In this document: positions 9,004 through 18,611 of the stretch, one piece after another
Position numbering within the stretch: the stretch's first letter is position 1
Layout of the letters: every line of letters starts with the position of its first letter
Source: an uncultured bacterium
GTDB taxonomy: Bacteria; Verrucomicrobiota; Kiritimatiellia; RFP12; UBA1067
DNA length: 64,000 bases
Direction of reading: 5' to 3'
NCBI GenBank assembly: GCA_902799385.1
Contig: CADCAK010000001.1
Coordinates: 96,566-160,565, forward strand
The notes under the pieces: generated by a model
Database searches by the model: none
Seen by the model: only the letters and a program-made list of their open reading frames with translations
What the model was told of the DNA's origin: nothing
Translations under genes and position numbers: made by a program

Positions 9004-9057
9004 TGGCTGGTAGTTGGTGGTAAGTAGTTAGTAGTTGGAATTAAAAATTTTGAAATT

Positions 9058-10089
9058 ATGAAAAATACACAAGGCGAAGTCTGGGTCTTTGCGGAGCAGG
9101 AGGAGGGCAAGCTCTCCGACGTTCCGTTTGAACTTCTCGGCAAGGCCCGCGAACTCGCGGGCAAGCTTGGCGTCAAGGTCGGCGCGGCCCTGATGGGCTC
9201 GGGCGTAGAGTCGCTCGCGAAGCCGCTTTTCGAGGCCGGTGCCGACATCGTGCACCTCGTCGACGACCCCGCGCTCAAGGTCTACCGCAACAAGGCGTAT
9301 CGCCACGCGATGGTCGAGCTCGTAAAGGAGGTCAATCCGCAGATCGTGATCTTCGGCGCGACGCACATGGGCCGCGACCTCGCGCCTTCAGTCGCCTCGG
9401 CGCTCAGGTGCGGGCTTACGGCCGACTGCACCGATCTCCAGATCGGCGACTATGAGGACAAGAAGACGAAGGAGACTTTCACCAACGTCCTCCACCAGAT
9501 CCGTCCGGCTTTCGGTGGCAACATTATCGCGACGATCGTCAATGCCCGCAACTGGCCGCAGATGGCGACCGTGCGCGAGGGCGTGATGAAGCCGTTGGAG
9601 AGGGGAACGGGGAACGGGGAACGGGGAACGATCGTGAAGCACTCGGCTCACCTTGACGGCGTCGAGATTCCGGTCGAGGTCGTCGAAATCGTCCGCAAGG
9701 CGTCGACGGTCAACCTCAAGGGCTCGCGCATCATCGTGTGCGGCGGCGCGGGCGTTGGCTCAAAGGAGAACTTCAAGCTTCTTCATGACCTCGCGAACGT
9801 TCTTGGCGGCGCGGTCGGCGGATCACGCGCTGCTGTCGACCTCGGCTACTGCGAGCACGAGCGTCAGATCGGTCAGACGGGCGTAACGGTGCGTCCCGCG
9901 CTTATGATCAGCTGCGGCGTCTCGGGCGCGGTTCAGCACCTCGCCGGCATGCAGGACTCGGCGAAGATCATAGCCATCAACACCGACAAGGACGCGCCGA
10001 TTTTCAAGGTCGCGCACTACGGCATCGTCGGCGACCTCAACGTGGTCGTTCCGAAGCTGATCAAGGCGATTAAGTCGAAGGGAGAGTGA
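9058..10089 (+). CDS. etfA: electron transfer flavoprotein subunit alpha
   Basis: 343 aa. C-terminal FAD motif SRAAVDLGYCEHERQIGQTGVTVRPALMISCGVSGAVQHLAGM. Confidence 0.9.
   Translation: MKNTQGEVWVFAEQEEGKLSDVPFELLGKARELAGKLGVKVGAALMGSGVESLAKPLFEAGADIVHLVDDPALKVYRNKAYRHAMVELVKEVNPQIVIFGATHMGRDLAPSVASALRCGLTADCTDLQIGDYEDKKTKETFTNVLHQIRPAFGGNIIATIVNARNWPQMATVREGVMKPLERGTGNGERGTIVKHSAHLDGVEIPVEVVEIVRKASTVNLKGSRIIVCGGAGVGSKENFKLLHDLANVLGGAVGGSRAAVDLGYCEHERQIGQTGVTVRPALMISCGVSGAVQHLAGMQDSAKIIAINTDKDAPIFKVAHYGIVGDLNVVVPKLIKAIKSKGE
9602..9629 (+). repeat. perfect heptanucleotide tandem repeat (GGGGAAC)x4 inside etfA
   Basis: Read directly. It encodes GTGNGERGT. Confidence 0.95.
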
Positions 10090-10090
10090 C

Positions 10091-11824
10091 ATGGGCAATT
10101 TCTACAGGGACAACAAGGACATCGAGAACGTCATCGACCTTCTCGACTTGAGCGAGGTCGCGACGCTGCTCGAAGAGGACTTCAAGTTCGCGAAGGAATA
10201 CGACTTCGCGCCGAAGGACGCGGCAGACGCGATCGACAACTACAAGCGCGCGATCGACCTCTGCGGCGACATCATGGCGAACCGCATCGCCCCGCTCGCT
10301 GAGGAGACCGACCTTGTCGGCAACACTCTGAACGAGGACGGGTCTGTCACGCGCGCACCCGGCATGAAGCTCGCGATCGAGCTCTTCGGCAAGACCGGAC
10401 TCATGGGCGTCACGATTCCCTACTACCTCGGCGGCCTCAACATGCCCTGCACCGTCCTCACTGCGTGCAACGACATCGTGAGCCGCGGTGACGCGGGTCT
10501 TATGAACCTCTTCGGTCTCCAGGGCATCGCCGAGACGATCAACTGGTTTGCCGACGAGGAAATCAAGAAGCAGTACGTTCCGCGCCTCGTCACCGGCGAG
10601 TGGACTGGCGCGATGGTTCTCACCGAGCCGGACGCCGGTTCCGACCTCCAGTCCGTCAAGACTTCCGCCTACCTCGACAAGGACGGCGTCTGGCGCGTCA
10701 ACGGCGTCAAGCGCTTCATCACGAACGGCTGCGGCGAAGTTCTTCTCGTCCTCGCCCGCACCGAGCCCGAGTTCAGCGACGGTCGCGGCCTCAGCTGCCT
10801 TCTCGTCGAGAAGGGCCCGTGGGTCAAGGTGCGCCGTCTTGAGAACAAGCTCGGCATCCACGGCTCTCCCACTTGCGAGATGGTCTTCACCGAGGCACCC
10901 GCGAAGCTGATCGGACTCAGGAAGCGCGGCCTCATCACCTACGTCATGGCGCTTATGAACGGCGCCCGCATGGGCATCGCCGCCCAGGGTACCGGCATTG
11001 CAGAGGCCGCCTACCGCGCGGCCCGCGACTACGCCGCGGCGAGAAAGCAGTTTGGCGTCACGATCGACACGTTCCCGGCGCTCCGCGAGCTCATATCGAC
11101 GATGTCGGTCGAGCTCCAGGCGTCGCGTCTTCTCACCTACTACGCGGCGAAGAACGTCGACCTCGAATCGGGTCTCGGCAAGAAGTTCGAGTCGCTTAAG
11201 GGAACGCCCGAGGCGCAGGCCGTCCGTGCGCGCTTCAAGAAGTACGCGGCGTTCAACAAGATGCTTACCCCGATGGCGAAGTACTATGGCTCCGAGCTTT
11301 CGATGCGCAACGCGCAGGGCGCGATTGCGGTTCTCGGCGGCTCGGGCTTCATGAAGGACTATCCGTGCGAGCGGTATCTCCGCGACAGCCGCATCACGAC
11401 GATCTACGAGGGCACTTCGCAGCTCCAGGTCGTCGCCGCGATTGCGGGCGTCACGGGCGGTCTCGTCCACGAAGTGATAGCCGACATCCTCGGCAAGGAG
11501 GATTGGCACGGCGAGCATCCGCGCATGACGAAGCTTTTGAAGGCGCTCGACGACGCGGTGGAGTTCGTGAAGGGGCGCGAGGACGCGAAGACGTACCACG
11601 ACCTCTCCGCGAGGAAGCTCGTCGACGCGGCGATTGCGCTCATCGTCGCCGCGCTCTTCGTCAAGGCCGCCGCGAAGTTCGCCAGCAAGAAGCCTGCGCT
11701 CGAGTTCTGGCTGAATGTCGAGTTCCCGCGCGTCAGGGGCGAGCTTGAGCAGGTCATGTCGGGCTATGTCGGCTCGACCGCCGAGTTCGAGACACTCGCC
11801 CCCGCCGTTCCCGCCGAGGACTGA
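10091..11824 (+). CDS. acyl-CoA dehydrogenase (long form with C-terminal helical extension)
   Basis: 577 aa. TEPDAGSDL, ITNG, and catalytic-region IYEGTSQLQ. Starts 2 nt after etfA. Confidence 0.88.
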   Translation: MGNFYRDNKDIENVIDLLDLSEVATLLEEDFKFAKEYDFAPKDAADAIDNYKRAIDLCGDIMANRIAPLAEETDLVGNTLNEDGSVTRAPGMKLAIELFGKTGLMGVTIPYYLGGLNMPCTVLTACNDIVSRGDAGLMNLFGLQGIAETINWFADEEIKKQYVPRLVTGEWTGAMVLTEPDAGSDLQSVKTSAYLDKDGVWRVNGVKRFITNGCGEVLLVLARTEPEFSDGRGLSCLLVEKGPWVKVRRLENKLGIHGSPTCEMVFTEAPAKLIGLRKRGLITYVMALMNGARMGIAAQGTGIAEAAYRAARDYAAARKQFGVTIDTFPALRELISTMSVELQASRLLTYYAAKNVDLESGLGKKFESLKGTPEAQAVRARFKKYAAFNKMLTPMAKYYGSELSMRNAQGAIAVLGGSGFMKDYPCERYLRDSRITTIYEGTSQLQVVAAIAGVTGGLVHEVIADILGKEDWHGEHPRMTKLLKALDDAVEFVKGREDAKTYHDLSARKLVDAAIALIVAALFVKAAAKFASKKPALEFWLNVEFPRVRGELEQVMSGYVGSTAEFETLAPAVPAED

Positions 11825-11846
11825 TTCCCGGCGGAGCCCGAGCGGT

Positions 11847-14800
11847 ATGCGTGGAACCATGACACTCGCCGTGCGATTTGCGTTCGCCCTGTCGTTGTCG
11901 CTGGGCGCGTCGCTGTTCGCCGCAGGTCCCAAGGTGGATGCCCTCGCCGCGCGGGCCGGGAAGGGCATCCTCGTCCTGCAAGTCGGCGGCGACTGGTGCG
12001 TCAGCGGCGAGAGGGTGCGCAGGGTCTTCGAAAGCGCCGAGTTCCGGCGCGCCGTCGGGTCCAAATACGTCTTTGCCGTCTACGACGAGATGGAGGAGCC
12101 GACGGACGCCGTCAAGGAGTCGAATGCCGCCGTCTCCGACATCCTCGTAAGGACTAAGCGGTTCCCCGCGATAACCTGCTACGCGCCCGGCGCGACGCCC
12201 CGATTCTTCGCGCAGGTCGAAAACGTGCCGCAGGACATCACCGCCGAGAAGCTTGCCGGCGCCGTGGAGAAGTTGACCGCGAGGAAGGACCGGGCCGAGG
12301 AGCTTTTCAGGAAGGCCGCGGCATTGAAGGGCGAGAAGGCCGCCGACCTCTATGGCGCGGCGTTTGACCTGCTTGTGTCGATGGCGGGGACGTTTCACGG
12401 GAAAGAGGTGACCAAGGGCAAGTGCGGCTGGACAGGCGAGTGGAAGGCGTTGGTCGCCCTCGACGCAAACGATTCCCTGGGCTGGGTGAAGCATTTCGAG
12501 ATCGACGACTACAAGGGCGTGTCGATGGTCGAGAAGGTCACGGAAGAAAGGAAAAACGGCTCCACGGCGTTCCTCGACGGCTTTCGCCGCATACCCACCG
12601 TCCACTTTAGCGCAAGCCAGCGCCAGCTAGTCAAGGTAATGGAGTATGCCGCGACGACCGACGGGACGGACAGGCCCCTCAGGCCGGACGGCAAGGCCGC
12701 GCTCAAGGCCGCGCTTGAGCTCGGGCGCAACACCTTCTGGGGGCAGTATGCGATGGGGCGGCTCATGATGGACGGCGAGAAGTACGAGTCTAGGGGCCTC
12801 CGGCGCGCGGCGGTCCGTCCGCGTCCGGCGGCGGGTGCGGGCGGCGTCGGGCCGGCCTTCGCGCTCGACCGGGTGAAGACCTCGATAGACGGCATCAAGC
12901 CGTCGGCCGGCCTCACCGAGCAGCAGAAGCTTGCCGTGGCGCGGCACGCCGTCCTTCGGCTCGTCGGGAAGAAGGGCTGGGACGCGCTTGTCGCGTGTCC
13001 CGGTTCGGCCGAGTTCCTTAAGGCGTTCATGAACGACCGCACATGGCTTGAGGATTTTGCGTGGAGCGGCACGTTCCCTGCGAACAGCTCCGACGGCTGG
13101 GCTCGCGCAGGCGACGGCCCCGGCGACGGCGCGGCCGCCGCGCTCGCGCTTGAGTCTCTCGTCTTTCAGGACAACGGCAGGTGGGTCCCGTTTGCGGACG
13201 GCGCGTTCGCGAACAACGAAGGCCGCCGCTTCATGACCGCGCTTGCGCTCAACTATCCTGACAAGGACGAGGCATGGCTCGCTGACGTGCTCGACGCCTA
13301 CCGTGCGACGGCGACGGCGGGGCGTTTGCACAGGAGCGCCTATTCGCAGCCGGTCTGGATATGGCGCTTCGCCCTCCACCAGGGCCACGGATCCGCAAGC
13401 GTAGACAACATGGCGGCGCAGCAGCGCCACCTCGACAGGTTCGTCAACCTGCCGAGCAGGGAGTACGGCGGCGCGTGCTGGATGATACAGTACCGCTCGT
13501 TCAACTGCTTCGGCGACTCCGTGCAGGGGCCGCTCTACTACAAGCCATGGGCGACGGCGGGCGAATGGCCGAAGAGGCGGTATTCGCAGATCGTCGGCGG
13601 CGTGTGTGGCGAGCTGTCGAAGTTCGGGAGCGCCGTCTCCAACGCCCACGGGCTTCCCTCGACGACGGCGGGGCAGCCCGCCCACTGCGCCTACACGCGC
13701 CGGCTCCCTTCGGGCCGCTGGGAGGTGGACTACAGCGTCACGGGGCATTCGCAGATGCACCTTTGCTTCTGGAACAGGCACCCATGGCAGTATTCCGTAG
13801 CCATCGAGAAGACCTTTAGCGGCGACCGCGAGAAGCGCCTCGCCGCCGACCGGCTGCTGGAGCTCGCGATCGTCGCGGAGGAGCGCAAGCTCAAGTCGCC
13901 TGACGTCGAGGCGTACTTCAGGCAGGCCTGCCGCTCCTGGCCCGCACACTACGGCGCGTGGAAGGCGTATGGCGACTGGGTCGCCCGCACCGGCGCGTCG
14001 ATCGACACGATGCGGACATGGGTGCGAGGCTGCTCTCGCGGGATGAAGACCGGCCGCCAGCCGCTATGGGACTTCCTTACGCCGTACTTTGCGCGGGTGG
14101 CCAGGGAGAAGGGCGCGAATGCGCTTGCGGACGAACTCGTCGTCTTCGCCCCGATGCTACGTCAGAGCGACGAGGCCGTTCAGGAGGAGGCCGACTTCAA
14201 GGCGATGCTGGCGGAGTGGACGCGGCCGCTCGCTTCCGACGCAGGGCTCCTGGTGCCGGTCCTGAAGGCGATGCTGCTCTCGCAGTATGGGACGAAGGAC
14301 TACTTCACGCAGGTGCTTGGCTGGGGCGGCGACGTCATGATGGGCGACAGGGGCCTTTCGGCCGTCTACGTCAAGACGCTTGGCGAGGTCGTAGCCGAAA
14401 AGGCGAAGGGCGGCGCGCCGTCCGCGCTCGACTTCAACCCGCTGATGCTGGGCGCGTCGAAGTCGGACAACCTCGAGGCATTCCGCCAGATGGCGCTGCT
14501 ACAGGACAGGCTCGAGCCGTACAAGGGCGACGGCAAGCCGTATCCCGCAGTCGATTTCGGCGGACAGCTCGTCTCGGCGGAAGGGCTTTTGAAGACTTCC
14601 TCGACGAGCGGATGGGACAAGCCTAAGAACTACGCCCGCTGCATCGACGCGACTCCGTGCGGCGGGAACGGGTTCCACACCGCGAAGGAGAAATCTCCCT
14701 GGGCCGTCGTGATGCTTCCAGGGCCGGTTTCGGTGTGCGGAGTGGTCGCCGAGAACAGGTCGGGGCGGCAGAACCGCCACCGCCAGGCGCCGCTTGAGCT

Positions 14801-14990
14801 TCAGGTGTCCGAGGACGGCTCGGAGTGGACGACGGTGTACAGCGACGACCAGGTGCGCGACACCTACCGCATGGACCTGAGGGCGTCCTCGCCCCGTGCG
14901 CGCTACGTCCGCATCCGCCGCGTCCCCGACGCGAAGGACGAAGTCTACCACCTCGGCAAGATTCTCGTTTACGGGAAGAAACTGTATTGA
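11847..14990 (+). CDS. large secreted protein: thioredoxin-fold-like N-domain, transglutaminase-like Cys/His core, C-terminal discoidin (F5/8 type C)-like domain
   Basis: ORF track start 11715 overlaps acd. ATG 11847 gives the signal peptide MRGTMTLAVRFAFALSLSLGASLFA. GGVCGELSKFGSAVSNAHGLPSTTAGQPAHCAY resembles a transglutaminase-like core. The tail LELQVSEDGSEWTTVY..ARYVRIRR is discoidin-like. Confidence 0.7.
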   Translation: MRGTMTLAVRFAFALSLSLGASLFAAGPKVDALAARAGKGILVLQVGGDWCVSGERVRRVFESAEFRRAVGSKYVFAVYDEMEEPTDAVKESNAAVSDILVRTKRFPAITCYAPGATPRFFAQVENVPQDITAEKLAGAVEKLTARKDRAEELFRKAAALKGEKAADLYGAAFDLLVSMAGTFHGKEVTKGKCGWTGEWKALVALDANDSLGWVKHFEIDDYKGVSMVEKVTEERKNGSTAFLDGFRRIPTVHFSASQRQLVKVMEYAATTDGTDRPLRPDGKAALKAALELGRNTFWGQYAMGRLMMDGEKYESRGLRRAAVRPRPAAGAGGVGPAFALDRVKTSIDGIKPSAGLTEQQKLAVARHAVLRLVGKKGWDALVACPGSAEFLKAFMNDRTWLEDFAWSGTFPANSSDGWARAGDGPGDGAAAALALESLVFQDNGRWVPFADGAFANNEGRRFMTALALNYPDKDEAWLADVLDAYRATATAGRLHRSAYSQPVWIWRFALHQGHGSASVDNMAAQQRHLDRFVNLPSREYGGACWMIQYRSFNCFGDSVQGPLYYKPWATAGEWPKRRYSQIVGGVCGELSKFGSAVSNAHGLPSTTAGQPAHCAYTRRLPSGRWEVDYSVTGHSQMHLCFWNRHPWQYSVAIEKTFSGDREKRLAADRLLELAIVAEERKLKSPDVEAYFRQACRSWPAHYGAWKAYGDWVARTGASIDTMRTWVRGCSRGMKTGRQPLWDFLTPYFARVAREKGANALADELVVFAPMLRQSDEAVQEEADFKAMLAEWTRPLASDAGLLVPVLKAMLLSQYGTKDYFTQVLGWGGDVMMGDRGLSAVYVKTLGEVVAEKAKGGAPSALDFNPLMLGASKSDNLEAFRQMALLQDRLEPYKGDGKPYPAVDFGGQLVSAEGLLKTSSTSGWDKPKNYARCIDATPCGGNGFHTAKEKSPWAVVMLPGPVSVCGVVAENRSGRQNRHRQAPLELQVSEDGSEWTTVYSDDQVRDTYRMDLRASSPRARYVRIRRVPDAKDEVYHLGKILVYGKKLY

Positions 14991-15023
14991 GTCCGCATGG
15001 CAATCGCTGATGGAAAGGATGCA

Positions 15024-17363
15024 ATGAAAAAGTTGGTTGTATGTACGGTGCTTGCGCTCGCGGTTGCGGCGCATGGGGACGAATGGCCGGTTGCGCGGCA
15101 CTTCGACGGCGAGCATCTTCTGCGAGTGGCGCTGCCGATGGGCGGCATCGGGTGCGGCGCGATTTCGCTTTCCGGGCGCGGCGACCTCGTCGACTGGGAG
15201 ATAATGAACCGCGCCAACAAGTCGATGAGCGAGTCGGAACGGGGCCCTGTCTCGCGAACTTTCTTCGCAATCCGCGTCAAGGGCGCGTCGCATGAATCCA
15301 CCACGATGCTTGCGGGGCCGCTCCATCCGACGGAAATGTATGCGTCCGAGGGCAACTGTGCACCGCAGAGCGGGCTGCCGCGCTTCCGCGAGGCAACGTT
15401 CGAAGGGGCGTTCCCGTTTGGCGTAGTGCGTCTCTCCGACAGGGATCTGCCCGTCAAGGTGACAATTAAGGGCTTTTCGCCGTTCGTGCCCGGCGACAGC
15501 TCGGCAAGTTCGCTTCCCGTGGCGTCGCTAGAATATGACGTGGAGAACATTTCCGGCGAGCCGATTGAGGTGTCCGTCGCGGCGTTCGTTAGGAACATCG
15601 TCGGGAACGACGGCAATCCGACCGGGTTCACCGGCCGCCGCCTTTCGCGCACCGGTGGAGAGAAAGGCAACCGCACCATGTTTCGCGAGGGTGCGGGGCT
15701 TAGCGGCGTGATGTGCCTTTCGGACGGCGTTGCGACGAACTCTCCCGCGTACGGGACGTTCGCGCTCTCCACGCCCGACGCCGACGGGTCGCTCACCTTC
15801 CGCGAGTCGTTCGCGCCGAATCGCTGGAGCGGCACGGTGCTCGATTTCTGGGACGACCTCTCGGATGACGGAGAGCTTTCGCCTCGTCCGTCCGGCGGCG
15901 GGGAGCCGCATGGAGGGCTTTGCCTGAAGAAAACAGTTCAAGTCGGCGCGAAGATGCCGTTCCGATTCGCGTTTACGTGGAACTTCCCGAATCGTCCGGC
16001 GTGGAGCGACACGAATGTCATCGTAGGCAACTGGTATTCAGGGAACTATGTCGACGCCTGGGACGCGGCGGAGAAGATAGTGCCGCGCCTTGGAGAGCTG
16101 GAAGAAAAGTCGCTCGCTTTCACGCGGAAGGTTCTCGCGCTTGACGCGCCCGATGCGTTGAAGGAAGCCGCGCTTTCCAACCTCGCCGTGCTTAAGAGCC
16201 AGACGGTGTTCCGCGTCCCTTCGGGGCATCTCCTTGGGTGGGAGGGCGTCTTCGACCATGAGGGGTCGTGCAGGGGGAGTTGCACCCACGTCTGGAACTA
16301 CGAGAACGCCGTGGCATGCCTCTTCCCCGACCTCGCTCGGTCCATGCGCGACGTCGAGTTCAACTACGCGATGAACCCCGAGAACGGCGCGATGGAGTTC
16401 CGCGTGCGCCTGCCGCTCGGCACGAAGCCGGGCAACGGCGTCGCCGCCGACGGGCAGATGGGGTGCATAATGAAGGTCTACCGCGACTGGAAGATATGCG
16501 GCGACGACAAGTGGCTCGCCGCGCTCTGGCCGAAGGTGAAGAAGGCCCTTGAGTTCGCATGGATTCCGGCGGAACAGTGGACCTGGAACGCGAAGTGGCG
16601 CAAGGGCGGCTGGGATGTCGGCAAGTCGGGCCTCATGGACGGCGAGCAGCACAACACGATGGACGTCAACTACTACGGCCCGAACTCGCAGATGGGCTTC
16701 TGGTACCTCGGCGCGTTGCGCGCGGCGGAGGAAATGGCGAAGGCGATGAATGACGACGCCTTCGCGAAGGAGTGCCGCGAGATATACGAGAAGGGCACGC
16801 GCCGCATCGACGCCGAGCTATTCAACGGCGACTACTACGAGCAGCGCATCACTGAGGGCCACGGCGAGCTCCCCTACCAGCTCGGAAAGTGTTGTCTCGT
16901 AGACCAGCTCGTAGGACAGCAGATGGCGCACCTGTGGGACCTGGGCGACCTTGCGAAGAAGGAGAACCTGAGAAAGACCTGCGAGTCGATCATGAAGTGG
17001 AACTTCCTCCCGGACTTCACGCGGCACTTCAACAACATGCGCACGTACTGCGTGGGCAGGGAGTCGGGGCTTCTCATGGGCAGCTGGCCGCGCGGAAGGC
17101 TCAAGACGCCATTCCCGTACTTCGGAGAGGTTATGACGGGCTTCGAGTACGTCGCCGCTGCCGAAATGGTGTTTCAGGGAATGGACGAAGACGCCGTGAA
17201 GGTCGTCAAGGCGATTCGCGATAGGCACGACGGGCTAAAGCGCAATCCATTCAACGAGCCGGAGTGTGGGCACAACTACGCCCGTTCGATGGCGAGTTGG
17301 AACGTCCTGCTGGCATGGGTCAAGGCGCATGGCGGCAGTGTCGGGGACCTGATATGGCGGTAA
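15024..17363 (+). CDS. glycoside hydrolase family 116 (GBA2-type beta-glucosidase/glucosylceramidase-like), secreted
   Basis: LRVALPMGGIGCGAISLSGRGDLVDWEIMNR is the GH116 N-domain signature. Large DUF608-like catalytic domain. Signal peptide from ATG 15024; ORF track start is 14997. Confidence 0.8.
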   Translation: MKKLVVCTVLALAVAAHGDEWPVARHFDGEHLLRVALPMGGIGCGAISLSGRGDLVDWEIMNRANKSMSESERGPVSRTFFAIRVKGASHESTTMLAGPLHPTEMYASEGNCAPQSGLPRFREATFEGAFPFGVVRLSDRDLPVKVTIKGFSPFVPGDSSASSLPVASLEYDVENISGEPIEVSVAAFVRNIVGNDGNPTGFTGRRLSRTGGEKGNRTMFREGAGLSGVMCLSDGVATNSPAYGTFALSTPDADGSLTFRESFAPNRWSGTVLDFWDDLSDDGELSPRPSGGGEPHGGLCLKKTVQVGAKMPFRFAFTWNFPNRPAWSDTNVIVGNWYSGNYVDAWDAAEKIVPRLGELEEKSLAFTRKVLALDAPDALKEAALSNLAVLKSQTVFRVPSGHLLGWEGVFDHEGSCRGSCTHVWNYENAVACLFPDLARSMRDVEFNYAMNPENGAMEFRVRLPLGTKPGNGVAADGQMGCIMKVYRDWKICGDDKWLAALWPKVKKALEFAWIPAEQWTWNAKWRKGGWDVGKSGLMDGEQHNTMDVNYYGPNSQMGFWYLGALRAAEEMAKAMNDDAFAKECREIYEKGTRRIDAELFNGDYYEQRITEGHGELPYQLGKCCLVDQLVGQQMAHLWDLGDLAKKENLRKTCESIMKWNFLPDFTRHFNNMRTYCVGRESGLLMGSWPRGRLKTPFPYFGEVMTGFEYVAAAEMVFQGMDEDAVKVVKAIRDRHDGLKRNPFNEPECGHNYARSMASWNVLLAWVKAHGGSVGDLIWR

Positions 17364-17376
17364 TCGTCCGCTTTAT

Positions 17377-17385
17377 GGTATAATA
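17377..17385 (+). promoter_or_regulatory. extended -10 TGGTATAAT ending 5 nt before ATG 17391 (leaderless candidate)
   Basis: TATAAT at 17380-17385, then AGCGCC, then ATG. No SD. Confidence 0.5.
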
Positions 17386-17390
17386 GCGCC

Positions 17391-18569
17391 ATGAAAACCA
17401 TTGCAATAGCAGTCGCGTCCGTCGCAGCCGCGACGACTGTCGCGTCCGCCGCGATATACGGCGACACGCCCGATTCCAGGCACGCCTGGAGCGTGCATGA
17501 CATGAACCGTCCGAACCCGGTGAAGGTCGTCGCGGAAGCCGGCACGCCGCCGAGCGACGCCGTCGTCCTCTTCGACGGCACGGCGGAGTCGTTCGAGAAG
17601 AACTGGTGCGACGGCAGCGGCAAAGCTCCGAGGTGGAAGCTCGGCGGCGAGGGTGACTTCTACTGCGAGCCCGGCGCGAAGTGCGGCGCGATCCGTACGC
17701 GCCGTCCGTTCGGCGACTGCCAGCTGCACCTGGAGTTCCGCCACCCCGCCGACATCGGGATCGTCCCGAAGAAGGGCCCGCAGATGCACGGCAATTCCGG
17801 CGTGTTCCTCATGTCCAACTACGAGGTACAGGTGCTCGAGTCGTTCGGGACCGATCCCGACGACATGAAGAACCCGAACTACGCCGACGGGCAGGCCGGC
17901 GCCGTCTACGCCGAGAACCCGCCGAGCGTCAACCCAGCGCGGCGCCCCGGCACATGGCAGACGTACGACATCATCTTCCACCAGCCGGTGTGGGACGGGC
18001 TGAAACTGCTGCATCCCGGCAGCGTTACGGTGCTGTTCAACGGCGTCGTCGTGCAGGACCACTGGGAAATGGAGGGCCTGACTACGCACAGGAGGCGGCG
18101 TCCGCTCGCCCCGCATGCGGACAAGATGCCGCTTTCCCTCCAGGACCACGGCTGCAAGGTGCATTTCCGCAACATCTGGATACGCGAGATACCTTCACGC
18201 TATGCGAACACCACCCATGGCGGGCCAGGCGTGGACGAGAACGCTGTGGCGGCTCTTCGCCGCAAAACGGCGGCCGAGCTGTTCGCCAAGATCGAAAAGC
18301 CGGTGTCGCCGTCGATTGCCAGCATGGAGGCGCTTGGCGAGATCATAGGCTACGCATGCGAGGGCGAATACGAGAAGACGTGGAAGCAGACGTCGGAGGA
18401 GTTCAACAAGGTCCTGGACGGCATGTCCGACGACGAGCTAAAAGCCCAGAAGCGGGCGTTGCTCGGCCTCCGCGAGAAGCTCGACACGCTGGTTCGCAAT
18501 GGCGTCATTTCGCAGGGCTGCGGCACGTGCCGCCGAATCAACGCCATAGCCCTTCGCCTTGGCTGGTGA
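17391..18569 (+). CDS. DUF1080 (3-keto-disaccharide hydrolase-like) domain protein, secreted, with C-terminal helical domain
   Basis: Signal peptide. NSGVFLMSNYEVQVLES and LSLQDHGCKVHFRNIWIREI are typical DUF1080 motifs. Confidence 0.75.
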   Translation: MKTIAIAVASVAAATTVASAAIYGDTPDSRHAWSVHDMNRPNPVKVVAEAGTPPSDAVVLFDGTAESFEKNWCDGSGKAPRWKLGGEGDFYCEPGAKCGAIRTRRPFGDCQLHLEFRHPADIGIVPKKGPQMHGNSGVFLMSNYEVQVLESFGTDPDDMKNPNYADGQAGAVYAENPPSVNPARRPGTWQTYDIIFHQPVWDGLKLLHPGSVTVLFNGVVVQDHWEMEGLTTHRRRRPLAPHADKMPLSLQDHGCKVHFRNIWIREIPSRYANTTHGGPGVDENAVAALRRKTAAELFAKIEKPVSPSIASMEALGEIIGYACEGEYEKTWKQTSEEFNKVLDGMSDDELKAQKRALLGLREKLDTLVRNGVISQGCGTCRRINAIALRLGW

Positions 18570-18611
18570 TTTTTTTTGTCAGATTTCCCGGTTGGCGGCG
18601 AGTAGGGGTAT

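Noticed and set aside
18547-18577. Terminator after the DUF1080 gene (T8 run at 18570-18577).
   Set aside because: The T tract starts directly after the stop codon, and the preceding stem is only about 4-7 imperfect bp inside the coding sequence. It is not convincing without transcript data.
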